A stretch of DNA of 64,000 bases. It comes from Minisyncoccota bacterium. Lineage in GTDB: Bacteria > Patescibacteriota > Minisyncoccia > Phycocordibacterales > VMEP01. The stretch covers positions 5,103 to 69,102 of the forward strand of contig JBAZUR010000003.1 of NCBI GenBank assembly GCA_041661305.1. Direction: 5' to 3'. Shown one piece after another: positions 1 to 9,786 of this stretch (position 1 is the stretch's first letter; each line of letters begins with the position of its first letter). A model generated the notes under the pieces. The model ran no database searches. It had not been told where the DNA came from and was given only the letters and a program-made list of their open reading frames with translations. The position numbers and the translations under genes are program-made.

Positions 1-4
1 TACC

Positions 5-1960
5 ATGAACAAGAAATTATTAAAAGTGCTTTCTGTAGGAGTTATTGCCCTTATTTGGGGAGTTTTTGCGAGTCCAGTACTGGCCGATAGCGTTAATTTA
101 CGCGGTTACGTAACTTCAAGCGGGACAGCGACAGCAGGGTATTATTTTTCTTACACGGTTAACAACGGAGCATCAATATCAACTCCAACGAGAAGCGTTG
201 TGGTTAGTGGAACCCAAGATGTTTCTGAGACAGTTGATATCCCATGTAACTCTACATTTCAATATAGGTTAGTTTTCTGGGATACAGCAGACCCACAAAA
301 TGTTTTCCAAGGAAATGTTCAGAGTTCTTCAACCTCTTCTTGTTCAACCCAAAATCAATCTTCTCCAACAATAACAACAAACTCTCCAACGAGTGTTTCT
401 GCGACGTCAGCGACATTTCAAGGGGCTGTTAATTCAAACGGCGGAAGTTCTACTAACGTTTGGTTTGAGTGGGGACAGACAAGTTCGTTTGGAAACACCA
501 CTCCACAGGTTAACGTTGGAACAGTTAATACAACTTTCTATTCGGTTAACAACTCTTTGAATCCAAATACGACATATTACTACCGAGCGGTAGGGCAAAA
601 TTCTGGATCAGCAGTTGTTTATGGTGCGATGCAATCGTTTACAACAAGTAGCAATTACAACAATAATAATTGTGGATACGGTAACTATAATTGTAATTAC
701 AATTACGGACAGACTCCTTTCGTTATGACTTATTCAACAGTGCAAACTGGTGATACATTCGCTATTTTGCAGGGGTTTGTTGATCCAAACGGAAACACAA
801 ACACAACACGTTGGTTTGAGTGGGGAACAAATTCTAGCTACTTCAACAACACAACTCTTAAGTTGAACCAAACTTCTTCTGGCACATTTACTCAAACAGT
901 AAACGGATTAAGTTCAAATACAACTTATTACTACAGAGCAGTTGCACAAAATTCAAACGGCACTGTTTACGGCACAGTTATGTCTTTTGCGACAAACAGT
1001 AATAATCTTTACAACTCAACATATAATTATGCGGGAGGTAGTCAGCCAACGGCAGTGACAACACTCGCTACTTCAATCGGGCAAACAACAGCAAGGGTAA
1101 ATGGTCTTGTCTTCATTAACGGCGGTGTTAATACAACTGGTTGGTTTGAATGGGGAACAACAAGCTCTCTAGGAAACACAACGCAAAGTAAAAATATTGG
1201 AAGCGCCGTGACTCTGGCCTTTTCCGAAGATCTCACTGGCCTTGTTAACGGAAGGACTTATTACTACCGCGCAGTAGTTCAAAATCAATACGGAACAGAC
1301 AAGGGAGATATAATGAGCTTTACTACGGGTGGCTCATCTAACACGACTTCGGTTGTTGTTACTTCACCAACTGTTACTTCCTCTAAAACAACGTACGTTG
1401 TAAGTGGTGCTTCTGGTAGCACAAAGACATCAGCAATCACGCTTTCTATTTCTTCAAACAGAGAAGATGTCGCTCGTGGAGACAGAGTAATCTTTACGAT
1501 TAATTATCGAAACACTAAAACGAGCGAGGATTTGCACGATGTGGCTATCCGTGTCGTCTTACCAGGAGAACTTTCCTTTGTTGATGCGTCACGTGGATAC
1601 TACAACGAAAAAGACAGAACACTCACCGTTGATCTAAAAACACTAGAAGCAGGAGAGGCTGGTTCGTTTACCGTTGAAACAAGAGTTGAAAACTCTATTG
1701 AAAGCGGAAAAGTTGTCGTTGTTAGTGTAGGTATGGTTTACACAAGAGAAGACAATACACAAGAAGAAGCTATTGCTTATGTCTTGTTAAGTAGCGACAC
1801 AAACCAGTCTTCAGGAGCTCTCGCCCCACTCTTTGGGTCAAGCTTCTTGCCAGACACTTTGCTCGGGTGGTTACTCTTAATCTTGATTATCTTCTGTCTA
1901 GGAGTGCTTTCTAGGCACGTAGTTGGTACATATAGAGCGTCTAACGTTCCAAGACCATAA
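5..1960 (+). CDS. Large surface/secreted repeat protein: N-terminal signal peptide, four tandem ~100-aa repeats, C-terminal LPDTL-hydrophobic-basic tail
   Basis: N-terminus MNKKLLKVLSVGVIALIWGVFASPVLA looks like a signal peptide. The motif WFEWG...TTYYYRAV(G/A/V)QN recurs four times. The C-terminus LPDTLLGWLLLILIIFCLGVLSRH resembles a sortase/exosortase-type sorting signal. The body is Thr/Ser/Asn-rich. Confidence 0.6.
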   Translation: MNKKLLKVLSVGVIALIWGVFASPVLADSVNLRGYVTSSGTATAGYYFSYTVNNGASISTPTRSVVVSGTQDVSETVDIPCNSTFQYRLVFWDTADPQNVFQGNVQSSSTSSCSTQNQSSPTITTNSPTSVSATSATFQGAVNSNGGSSTNVWFEWGQTSSFGNTTPQVNVGTVNTTFYSVNNSLNPNTTYYYRAVGQNSGSAVVYGAMQSFTTSSNYNNNNCGYGNYNCNYNYGQTPFVMTYSTVQTGDTFAILQGFVDPNGNTNTTRWFEWGTNSSYFNNTTLKLNQTSSGTFTQTVNGLSSNTTYYYRAVAQNSNGTVYGTVMSFATNSNNLYNSTYNYAGGSQPTAVTTLATSIGQTTARVNGLVFINGGVNTTGWFEWGTTSSLGNTTQSKNIGSAVTLAFSEDLTGLVNGRTYYYRAVVQNQYGTDKGDIMSFTTGGSSNTTSVVVTSPTVTSSKTTYVVSGASGSTKTSAITLSISSNREDVARGDRVIFTINYRNTKTSEDLHDVAIRVVLPGELSFVDASRGYYNEKDRTLTVDLKTLEAGEAGSFTVETRVENSIESGKVVVVSVGMVYTREDNTQEEAIAYVLLSSDTNQSSGALAPLFGSSFLPDTLLGWLLLILIIFCLGVLSRHVVGTYRASNVPRP

Positions 1961-1982
1961 AGATTAGTAGGTATGCATAAAA

Positions 1983-2018
1983 GAAACCACTCCCTCTAAA
2001 CAAGGGAGTGGTTTCTTT
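1983..2018 (+). terminator. Rho-independent terminator hairpin (aaaccactccctctaaacaagggagtggttt + T-run)
   Basis: Perfect inverted repeat followed by a T-run, directly after the stop of the 5..1960 ORF. Confidence 0.7.
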
Positions 2019-2042
2019 TATGGTGTGTTAAAATCGACTAAC

Positions 2043-2501
2043 ATGAAAAAGCTGTGTAAAAACATTAGTGATACAAAAGAATTTGCAGGGAAACTTCTTT
2101 CTTTGGCTGAGAAAAAAGGAAAGATAAATTCAAAAAATAATAAAGCAACAATCATTGCACTTTCAGGCGATTTGGGTAGTGGTAAGACAGCAATAACAAA
2201 AATTTTAGGAGCGGAGATGGGGATAAAAGGACGAATACCATCACCAACATTTATTATTGAAAGACGGTACAAGTTACCAAAAGGTCTTGAGTGGGAGAAA
2301 CTTATCCATATTGATGCCTACCGTCTTTCAAAAGAAAGTGAACTTTTGCGATTGGGGTGGGGTGAAAATATTGTTAATAAAAATAATCTTATAATTATTG
2401 AGTGGCCAGAGAATGTTAAAAAAATAATTCCCAAAGAAGCTTTGTGGGTTAAGTTTACACACAAAGGCGAGACAGAGCGCTTAATTGAAACATTGAAGTG
2501 A
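2043..2501 (+). CDS. tsaE: tRNA threonylcarbamoyladenosine (t6A) biosynthesis protein TsaE
   Basis: Walker-A-like ALSGDLGSGKTAITK and an SPTF motif; about 150 aa. An ATG at 2043 is preferred over the upstream GTG. Confidence 0.8.
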   Translation: MKKLCKNISDTKEFAGKLLSLAEKKGKINSKNNKATIIALSGDLGSGKTAITKILGAEMGIKGRIPSPTFIIERRYKLPKGLEWEKLIHIDAYRLSKESELLRLGWGENIVNKNNLIIIEWPENVKKIIPKEALWVKFTHKGETERLIETLK

Positions 2502-4855
2502 AAAACGAAAATAAAAAAACAATAATTCTTCTTGATGCACATGCGATTATTCACCGTGCTTATCACGCACTTCCAGAATTTTCATCAACCAAAGGAGAAC
2601 CAACAGGAGCCCTTTATGGACTTGTGGCGATGCTACTTAAAATTATTAAAGATTTAAAGCCGGATTATATTGCCGCTTGTTTTGATTTACCAGACCCAAC
2701 TTTTCGACACGAGGCTTATGAAGCGTATAAAGCCGGACGACCAAAAACTGAAAGTAATTTAGTGGCACAACTAATTAGAGCACGGGATATTTTTGTTGCG
2801 TTCGGAATTCCTTCTTATGAGCTTGCTGGTTTTGAGGCTGACGATCTTTTGGGGACAATTGTAGAAAAATTAAAAAAAGATAAAAACACAGACATTATTA
2901 TTGCTTCTGGCGATATGGACACGATGCAGTTGGTTGATGGTAAAAAAGTAAGAGTGTTTACTTTAAAGAAAGGAATCAATGACACAATTTTATACGACGA
3001 AGATGCAGTTATTGCTCGTTTTGGTTTTCCTCCAAAACTAATGCCCGATTATAAAGGTCTACGTGGCGATCCATCAGACAACATAATTGGCATTCCGGGC
3101 GTTGGAGAAAAAACAGCGACGATGCTAATCCAGTCTTTTGGAACTATTGAAAATATTTACAAAGCTCTGAAAAAAAACAAATCTGAATTTGAGAAAGCGG
3201 GAATTAAAGAGAGAATGGTTAAACTTTTAGAAGAACACGAAGAAGAAGCCTATTTTTCAAAAACACTTGCGGAAATTAGGAGAGATGCCCCGTTTGAATT
3301 TTCTTTACCAGAAAAAGTATGGAGAGAAAGTGTTGACCCGGCGTTAATTGAAAAATTGTTTGTTGAGTTAGACTTTAGAACCCTAAATGAGAGAGTTAAG
3401 ACTTTGTTGGGTAATGATAAAGCAAAAGAAGTTGTTGAGGACTTAAATGAATCAAAGGAAGATATTGAAGAAACGGCAATCGCTTTGTGGGTTGATAATT
3501 CTGAATATACGAACCCAGATAGAGAGGATATTCTTTCAACAACTGGCGCTACTACAGTTGCAGAGGCAAAGAAAAAAATCTTAGAAAGACTTGAGGCGAA
3601 TGGTCTTTTGGAAATCTATCGTGATATTGAGTTACCGCTTATTCCAATTATAAAAATGGCGGAAGAGAAAGGAGTTGTCATCGATAAAGATTATTTGAAA
3701 ACTCTTTCGAAGGAATATCACAAAGAGCTTGAAATTTTAGAGAAAAAAATATGGAAGCATGCGGGAAAAGAATTTAATATAAATTCCCCAAAACAATTAG
3801 GAGAAATTTTGTTTGATACTCTTAATTTGTCAGTAAAAGGACTTAAAAAAACAGAAGGGGGAGCACGTTCTACAAGGGTTTCGGAACTAGAGAAGCTTCG
3901 GGGAGAACACCCCATAGTTGAGGAAATAATGGCTCATAGAGAGTGGCAAAAGCTTTTGTCGACGTATATTGATGCTATACCGCCACTCGTGGCTAGTGAC
4001 GGAAGGTTACACACACACTTCCTTCAGGCTGGCACCACTACCGGAAGATTTTCTTCGATTAATCCAAACTTACAGAATATTCCAATTAAGAGCGACGCGG
4101 GACGAAAAATAAGAAGAGCTTTTGTTGCAGATAAAGGATGTGTTTTGTTGGCGCTTGATTACTCTCAAATCGAACTCCGAGTTGCCGCAATTCTTTCAGA
4201 AGATAAAGATTTAATAAAAATTTTTAAAGACGGAGACGATGTGCACGCCGCTGTTGCTTCGCGAGTGTTTGGAGTGAAGGAAAAAGATGTGACAAAAGAA
4301 ATGAGGCGTCAGGCCAAGGTCATTAATTTCGGAATTATTTATGGAATGGGTATTAATGCATTAAAAGAAAATCTTGGTGGAACAAGGGTTGAGGCAGAAG
4401 AATTTTATAATCAGTATTTCAAAAAGTTTCCAGGAGTAGCGGAGTATCTTGATGGGGTAAAAACGGAAGTATCAAAACTCGGTTATACCTCAACGCTTTT
4501 TGGAAGACGTCGATATTTTCCGATGATAAAATCTCCGATTCAATACATTAGAGCATCAGCCGAGAGAATGGCTGTGAATGCGCCAATCCAAGGAACGGCA
4601 GCAGATATAATTAAAATCGCCATCAAGCGAGCAGACGAAGCGATAAAAGAAAATAAACTTTCTGATAAAGTTTCACTCTTACTTCAGGTTCATGATGAAT
4701 TGATATATGAAGTTAAAGAGGGGTCTGAAAAAGAAGCTTCAAAAATTATTGGAGATGCTATGGAGGGGGTATTGAAAGATAAAACAAAGAATCCTCACGA
4801 AGTGCCTATTTTGGTTAATGTATCAGTCGGTAAAAATTGGGGAGAGATGAAGTAA
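2498..4855 (+). CDS. polA: DNA polymerase I (5'-3' exonuclease domain plus polymerase domain)
   Basis: N-terminal LLDAHAIIHRAYHA (5'-3' exonuclease). Polymerase motifs DYSQIELRVAAILS and QVHDELIYEV. Confidence 0.9.
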   Translation: MKNENKKTIILLDAHAIIHRAYHALPEFSSTKGEPTGALYGLVAMLLKIIKDLKPDYIAACFDLPDPTFRHEAYEAYKAGRPKTESNLVAQLIRARDIFVAFGIPSYELAGFEADDLLGTIVEKLKKDKNTDIIIASGDMDTMQLVDGKKVRVFTLKKGINDTILYDEDAVIARFGFPPKLMPDYKGLRGDPSDNIIGIPGVGEKTATMLIQSFGTIENIYKALKKNKSEFEKAGIKERMVKLLEEHEEEAYFSKTLAEIRRDAPFEFSLPEKVWRESVDPALIEKLFVELDFRTLNERVKTLLGNDKAKEVVEDLNESKEDIEETAIALWVDNSEYTNPDREDILSTTGATTVAEAKKKILERLEANGLLEIYRDIELPLIPIIKMAEEKGVVIDKDYLKTLSKEYHKELEILEKKIWKHAGKEFNINSPKQLGEILFDTLNLSVKGLKKTEGGARSTRVSELEKLRGEHPIVEEIMAHREWQKLLSTYIDAIPPLVASDGRLHTHFLQAGTTTGRFSSINPNLQNIPIKSDAGRKIRRAFVADKGCVLLALDYSQIELRVAAILSEDKDLIKIFKDGDDVHAAVASRVFGVKEKDVTKEMRRQAKVINFGIIYGMGINALKENLGGTRVEAEEFYNQYFKKFPGVAEYLDGVKTEVSKLGYTSTLFGRRRYFPMIKSPIQYIRASAERMAVNAPIQGTAADIIKIAIKRADEAIKENKLSDKVSLLLQVHDELIYEVKEGSEKEASKIIGDAMEGVLKDKTKNPHEVPILVNVSVGKNWGEMK

Positions 4856-4857
4856 TA

Positions 4858-4881
4858 AACCCCGCACTTAGGCGGGGTTTA
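4858..4881. terminator. Bidirectional hairpin terminator (aaaccccgcacttaggcggggttt)
   Basis: GC-rich inverted repeat between the convergent polA and 4901..5170(-) genes. Confidence 0.7.
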
Positions 4882-4900
4882 CGGCGACAAGAGGTTTGCT

Positions 4901-5170
4901 TTATTGAATGCTCGCGAAAGAGAACATTTCCCTGATCTGACTGATTTGGCAGTACTTGTCTCCGCCGTATACATCGATGGCAGTTTGAAACTTTTGGAGA
5001 AGCTCCAACGGAAAATCGTATGGAAGTGGCGTGTCGCGTGCCTGTTCCTTTTCGACTACAGCCATTACTTCAGGGAGGAACTCTTCCCAAAAGGCCCGTT
5101 CGGTATTGTTCATACCGCGCATGGTTTCCTCGTTTAAAGGGATGTGTCCGTAGGGACCCATTTTTGACAT
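4901..5170 (-). CDS. Hypothetical small protein (89 aa) in a locally GC-richer segment
   Basis: Continuous ORF with an AGGAGA Shine-Dalgarno-like sequence upstream of its ATG (read on the minus strand). The overlapping plus-strand ORFs look like composition artefacts. Confidence 0.35.
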   Translation of the reverse strand: MSKMGPYGHIPLNEETMRGMNNTERAFWEEFLPEVMAVVEKEQARDTPLPYDFPLELLQKFQTAIDVYGGDKYCQISQIREMFSFASIQ

Positions 5171-5293
5171 TTGATTCTCCTTCCGTTAATGAAGAGCGTG
5201 TTTTACCCAGTGTTTCCAAGGACAAATTACAATGTCCTTCGCTTCATGTCAATAAGGGATTTGACGAAAGTTCACTTGTGGTAGAATAAATAC

Positions 5294-5770
5294 ATGAACA
5301 ACGGAAAACACAAAATAAACAAATTAATCGTGTATTCGCCGATGATGTTTTTGATGGCTTTGATTGCGGGAGCACTTGTTGATTATTGGTGGCCACAACA
5401 AATAGTTGCTTTTGAAAATGGTGGAAAGGTTGGTTTTGCCATAATGGTTGTCGCCTCGGCGCTTATTTTGTGGGCAGGAGAAAGTGGAAGGAATTTTCTA
5501 AAAGCTGTTGAAGAAAAAGCGGGTGTTGTAGAAAAGGAAGTTTTTACCTACGGTCCTTATAGTATTTCTAGAAACCCAACCTATCTTGGAATTATTCTTT
5601 TAAGTATTGGTTTTTCTTTTGTGATGAACTCGCTCGCACTTTTAATTGCTTTTATATTATCTTTTATTTTTGTTAACTACGTAATACTCCCAACCGAAGA
5701 AGATTTACTAGAGAAGAAATACGGGGAAGCATATCGCGCTTATAAAAGAACAGTACGTCGCTGGTTTTAA
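5294..5770 (+). CDS. Isoprenylcysteine carboxyl methyltransferase (ICMT/PEMT) family membrane methyltransferase
   Basis: Multiple transmembrane segments, a SRNPTYLG motif, and the C-terminal EE..L...YG..Y..Y signature of the ICMT family. Confidence 0.7.
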   Translation: MNNGKHKINKLIVYSPMMFLMALIAGALVDYWWPQQIVAFENGGKVGFAIMVVASALILWAGESGRNFLKAVEEKAGVVEKEVFTYGPYSISRNPTYLGIILLSIGFSFVMNSLALLIAFILSFIFVNYVILPTEEDLLEKKYGEAYRAYKRTVRRWF

Positions 5771-5823
5771 TCTTTGAAAAAATTCGTTTTGTTTTAAGGG
5801 TATTGGTTAAAAACTAATCTTGC

Positions 5824-6552
5824 ATGTTATATATTTTACACGGAGCCGATTTTAGTAAGCGAAATAAAAAAGTTAACGAACTTGTAGATACACTTCTTGC
5901 TAAAAAACCAGGAACTCTTCTTGTTAAAACTGACACAAGTGAAACTAGTTTTAATGGACTAGACCAATTTATTTCAGGACAAGGGTTGTTTGAGCAAAAA
6001 TTAATTATTGTTTTAAGTGGGCTTTTAGACAACAAGGAAACACGAGAGGAGGTTGTAGAAAAAGCTAAAGAACTCGCAACTTCAGACAATATTTTTATAA
6101 CAACAGATGAAAGTATTACTCCAAAAGCACTACTTGAAATTAGTGGACATGCGCAGAAAGTTCAAGAGTTTTCTTTGCGCGTAGGAACAAAATCTGAGTT
6201 TAATATTTTTTCACTAGGTGATGCGGTTGGTTCTCGTGACAGGATGGGGGCCTGGGTTAATTTTTTAAAAGCAGTTGAAAGTGGAGCAGAACCAGAGGAA
6301 ATCCACGGGGTTATTTTATGGCAGTTAAAAAATATTACGTTGGCAAAAAAGGTTGGAGGGGATGGGGGTAAATTAAAAAGTGCTGGAGTTTCTCCTTTTG
6401 TTGCAGGTAAAGCTGTAAGATATTCAAAAAATTATACTGAAAGTGAACTCAAAAAAGATATGTCCGACTTGCTCGTTCTTTATCACGACAGTCATCGCGG
6501 AATAGTGGAGCTTGGTTCTGGGTTAGAGAAGTTTATTCTTGAGGCGGTTTAA
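5824..6552 (+). CDS. holA: DNA polymerase III delta subunit-like (HolA)
   Basis: N-terminal MLYILHGADF pattern and overall length are typical of HolA. Similarity is weak. Confidence 0.5.
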   Translation: MLYILHGADFSKRNKKVNELVDTLLAKKPGTLLVKTDTSETSFNGLDQFISGQGLFEQKLIIVLSGLLDNKETREEVVEKAKELATSDNIFITTDESITPKALLEISGHAQKVQEFSLRVGTKSEFNIFSLGDAVGSRDRMGAWVNFLKAVESGAEPEEIHGVILWQLKNITLAKKVGGDGGKLKSAGVSPFVAGKAVRYSKNYTESELKKDMSDLLVLYHDSHRGIVELGSGLEKFILEAV

Positions 6553-6576
6553 AAATGTTAAATTTTGGAAAAAAGA

Positions 6577-6605
6577 AAAGCCATGTCCTCGGAACATGGC
6601 TTTTG
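6577..6605 (+). terminator. Rho-independent terminator (aaaagccatgtcctcggaacatggctttt)
   Basis: Inverted repeat plus T-run after the holA stop. Confidence 0.7.
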
Positions 6606-6935
6606 TAGGGTGTGGCCTCAAGCTAGTGAGCGAGGCCGAAGAACGGTGTGCTTCCTTGAGAGGAGAACTCAAGAGAGCAAAAATTGTGTAAAGAACATGT
6701 GTGTGGTAAATCGTTCGAAAGGATTTTTGTAGCCCATAAGCGGAGCCGCTTTCCTTCTTTTGATTTACAACAGCGAATGGCTGGTTCTTAAATGATTTTT
6801 TGACCAACCCTGTATTTAGTGTAGCAACACCACAGAAGTAGGCAAGGATAGATGGGGATAAGAAATGAAAATCGACAGTAAGTGTTCAAAAGCTTAACTT
6901 TTTTCCGTTACATGCTATAGTTTCTTTGTTTTAAT

Positions 6936-7008
6936 CCGCCCATAGCTCAGTTGGTAGAGCAGCTCCCTTTTAAGGAGAGGGTCGCAGGTTCGACTCCTGC
7001 TGGGCGGA
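6936..7008 (+). tRNA. tRNA-Lys (anticodon TTT)
   Basis: Cloverleaf folded by hand. Acceptor stem CCGCCCA/TGGGCGG, D-arm GCTCAGTTGGTAGAGC, anticodon loop CTTTTAA, T-arm GCAGGTTCGACTCCTGC. CCA is not encoded. Confidence 0.85.
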
Positions 7009-7032
7009 CAAGGTTAAACTAAATAGGCTGTT

Positions 7033-7446
7033 TTACAGAGGTAAATCAATAGAGAAAAAACCAGCGCCGGAGAACAAAAGGGATATTGCAATTGCCAACG
7101 CAAAAATGTAAAAATCGGTTGTTTGGCGTAGGAGGCTTGGTTTTCGGAGTTTAATAATTAGTCCCCCGAGAGAAATAATTGCAATCAAGAGAGCGGACAC
7201 CTGAGTCCATAACCCAAGGATAAGAAAGAATCCACAAATGAGTTCTGTGTAAGCAACCAACCACATAAAGAAGAGTGGTTTTGGAAAGTTGGCGGACTTA
7301 AACATAGAGATTGTTGATTCGCGGTGTTTAAAGATTTTTAAATAACCGGCAGAGAGGAAAATACCACCAAGTACTAAACGAAGAATAAGTGGGGCAACTA
7401 ACCCGTATGTTAAAAAAGAAGGAAAGACGCTTAATAGCTGTATCAT
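7033..7446 (-). CDS. DoxX family membrane protein
   Basis: Four transmembrane segments and the LVLRLVLGGIFLSAGYLK pattern typical of DoxX. Confidence 0.7.
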   Translation of the reverse strand: MIQLLSVFPSFLTYGLVAPLILRLVLGGIFLSAGYLKIFKHRESTISMFKSANFPKPLFFMWLVAYTELICGFFLILGLWTQVSALLIAIISLGGLIIKLRKPSLLRQTTDFYIFALAIAISLLFSGAGFFSIDLPL

Positions 7447-7486
7447 GCTGGTATTATATCAGAGGCTACAGTTTACGTGAAAATCT

Positions 7487-7996
7487 ATGAGGAAAAGAAA
7501 TATATATTTAATATTAAACGATATTCGAAGCGCTCATAACGTCGGCTCTATGTTTAGGACGGCTGATACGGTGGGGATTAAAAGAATTTTTTTGACCGGA
7601 TACACACCGCGACCGGTTGATCGCTTCAATAGACCAGTAAAAGAAATTGCAAAAACAGCTCTTGGTGCAGAAAAAACTATTTCATGGGAGCACGAATTAG
7701 ACGTACTAAAAGTAATTCAAAATTTAAAAAAAGAAAAGGTAGAAATTATTGCCTTAGAACAATCACCTAAAGCAGTAGATTATAAAAAAGTTAAAATAAA
7801 AAATGACACAGCTTTTATTGTTGGTAACGAAGTGCTCGGAATTTCGGAAGAAATTATCAAAGTTGTAGATGTTGTCGCCGAAATTCCAATGCAGGGAAAA
7901 CTTGCCAGAGATCGTTCGTCGGACGATAAAGGAAAAGAATCACTTAATGTTTCGGTTGCTTTGGGCGTTGCTCTTTTTAGGATTTTAGATATCTAA
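7487..7996 (+). CDS. SpoU/TrmH family RNA 2'-O-methyltransferase
   Basis: ILNDIRSAHNVGSMFRTADTVGI and the FIVGNEVLGIS motif of the SPOUT class. Confidence 0.75.
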   Translation: MRKRNIYLILNDIRSAHNVGSMFRTADTVGIKRIFLTGYTPRPVDRFNRPVKEIAKTALGAEKTISWEHELDVLKVIQNLKKEKVEIIALEQSPKAVDYKKVKIKNDTAFIVGNEVLGISEEIIKVVDVVAEIPMQGKLARDRSSDDKGKESLNVSVALGVALFRILDI

Positions 7997-8002
7997 AACT
8001 TT

Positions 8003-8890
8003 TTAATTGATTGTTGTAACAGTTTTTCCTTCGCGGTCTAAGATTCGAACAACGTCACCGCTCTTCCAAAGTTCTTGGTTACTACCAAGATAGACCATCC
8101 ATGATGGTTCATAGAAATTAGAATCTGTATTATGGTCGGATACACAACCGTTATAACTAGCGTGTTCTTCAATGAAAGTGTTGCAGTTTGGGCCACCTCC
8201 TTCCGGGATTTGGCTGGCGTTTGTCACAGTTGTGCAAACGGGCAAATTACTTACAAAAGAAATGCAGGCTGGGTGTGGGGCATAGCGAGATAAGTTTTCA
8301 GCGGTAATAATTCCTGGGCAGTTTTTAGAGAGAGGAGGAACAAATTTCTGGAATTGTGCGAGATAGCCACTGCAAATATTTTGACGGAATGAAACTCCGA
8401 CTGGAGATTGTCCACTTATAATGTGTGCTGTTTCTCCTGGTCTTAGAACTATGTTTGATGCCTCGCGCACTTCACCGGAAACAAACAAGCTAACACCACT
8501 ACCTATCGTTGCTGCTGTGCCGTTTTCAGTGACTATGCGCCATCCTGTAATGTTTAGAATAGCATCGCTTTTGTTTGTAATATTCAAATATTCTTTTGAT
8601 GGGGAAAATTCTTTAAGTGATGACCCACTTGTTTTGATTGAAGTGCGATAGTTTGAAGAAACAAAATTTTTAGTTCCAAGGCGGAAATTAAAATCTAATG
8701 CTGGAAGAGTTCCGTATATTTCGCCAGTATCAAGTGGGGAAGGGGCTCTCAGAAAAGGACCTTTGCTAGCTTCCATTCTTGAAGGACCACCAGAAAAAAA
8801 CCACATAAACCATAAGGCCACTATAATCAAAACAATAATCATTGCATCACTCCTTAGTTTCATTTGAAAAGTTTTTGATGAGTAGGACAA
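8003..8890 (-). CDS. Hypothetical exported protein (N-terminal membrane anchor; possible lamin-tail-like beta domain)
   Basis: N-terminal transmembrane segment MIIVLIIVALWFMWFF. No recognisable catalytic motifs. Confidence 0.45.
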   Translation of the reverse strand: MSYSSKTFQMKLRSDAMIIVLIIVALWFMWFFSGGPSRMEASKGPFLRAPSPLDTGEIYGTLPALDFNFRLGTKNFVSSNYRTSIKTSGSSLKEFSPSKEYLNITNKSDAILNITGWRIVTENGTAATIGSGVSLFVSGEVREASNIVLRPGETAHIISGQSPVGVSFRQNICSGYLAQFQKFVPPLSKNCPGIITAENLSRYAPHPACISFVSNLPVCTTVTNASQIPEGGGPNCNTFIEEHASYNGCVSDHNTDSNFYEPSWMVYLGSNQELWKSGDVVRILDREGKTVTTIN

Positions 8891-9777
8891 AAATGGGAAC
8901 TTCTTCCTCCAATCATCTTTCTTTTTATTATACCATCACACTCTTTTTTACTGCACATTTCCCCTGTACGACGATAGGCATTATGCTTTTCTTGAAATTT
9001 TCCTTTTTCGCCAAAGATATTTCTATAATCAGACATAGAGTCTCCACCAAAAGAAATACCGCTTTTTAGAACCCTCTTCATTTCTAGGTATAGCGTGTTT
9101 ATTTTCGGTGCACTGATTTTTGAAACCTGTGATTCTGGGTGGATGCCCGCGCGCCAAAGCATTTCATCTGAGTAAATATTGCCAATACCAGCAACGGTTC
9201 GCTGGTCGAGGAGCACAGGTTTAATTTTCCCACGAGGACGGGTAGCGAGACGTGCAGTAAATTTTTTTAAAGTGAAATTATTCTCCAATGGTTCTGGTCC
9301 TAGATGAGAAAGTTGTGGAGAGTTTTCTATGTTTTTAGAATTTTCTAAATCAAAACGTCCAAATTTTCGCGTATCAGAAAAAACAATTTTATTTCCAGAA
9401 GACAAAGACAAAACGACATGAGCGAATCTGTTGAAAGGGTCATTAAGGGGACTCTTTTTGTCTACAGGTCTCCATTTACCATTTTCTATCTGCCATTTTC
9501 CATACAGAAGGTGACCAGTCATTCTCATATGCACAATAAAAGCTTTTCCGTTTGAAAGAATAAAAATTATGTTTTTACCGCGCCTAGAAACAGAAATAAT
9601 TTTTGCCCCAACGAGAGCTTTTTTAAAATTTAAAAAAGTGGCACCACTTGAGAGAGTGGGACTCGCGGATTGGTGGAACATTTTAGGCCAGTCGGTCCAA
9701 ATATCTTTTATTGTTTGTTTTGGTAATACACGAGAAAGACCAGAAACGGTGGTTTGTACTTCGGGGAGCTCTGGCAT
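8860..9777 (-). CDS. mutM: Formamidopyrimidine-DNA glycosylase (Fpg/MutM/Nei family)
   Basis: The hallmark N-terminus MPELPEVQ and a C-terminal zinc finger (C..C...C..H). Confidence 0.85.
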   Translation of the reverse strand: MPELPEVQTTVSGLSRVLPKQTIKDIWTDWPKMFHQSASPTLSSGATFLNFKKALVGAKIISVSRRGKNIIFILSNGKAFIVHMRMTGHLLYGKWQIENGKWRPVDKKSPLNDPFNRFAHVVLSLSSGNKIVFSDTRKFGRFDLENSKNIENSPQLSHLGPEPLENNFTLKKFTARLATRPRGKIKPVLLDQRTVAGIGNIYSDEMLWRAGIHPESQVSKISAPKINTLYLEMKRVLKSGISFGGDSMSDYRNIFGEKGKFQEKHNAYRRTGEMCSKKECDGIIKRKMIGGRSSHFCPTHQKLFK

Positions 9778-9786
9778 ATGTTTTAT

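Noticed and set aside
5020-5289. Plus-strand ORFs 4904-5137 and 5020-5289
   Set aside because: They overlap each other and the better-supported minus-strand 4901-5170 ORF, which has an SD-like sequence. Likely GC-driven artefacts.
6607-6935. Possible RNase P RNA or tmRNA in the GC-rich region upstream of tRNA-Lys
   Set aside because: Short similarities to RNase P segments (agc-agtgagcga; cacagaag.aggc) are ~200 nt apart and the P4 GGAAAGUCCGG element is absent. There is no tmRNA-like tRNA domain. Kept only as 'unknown structured region'.
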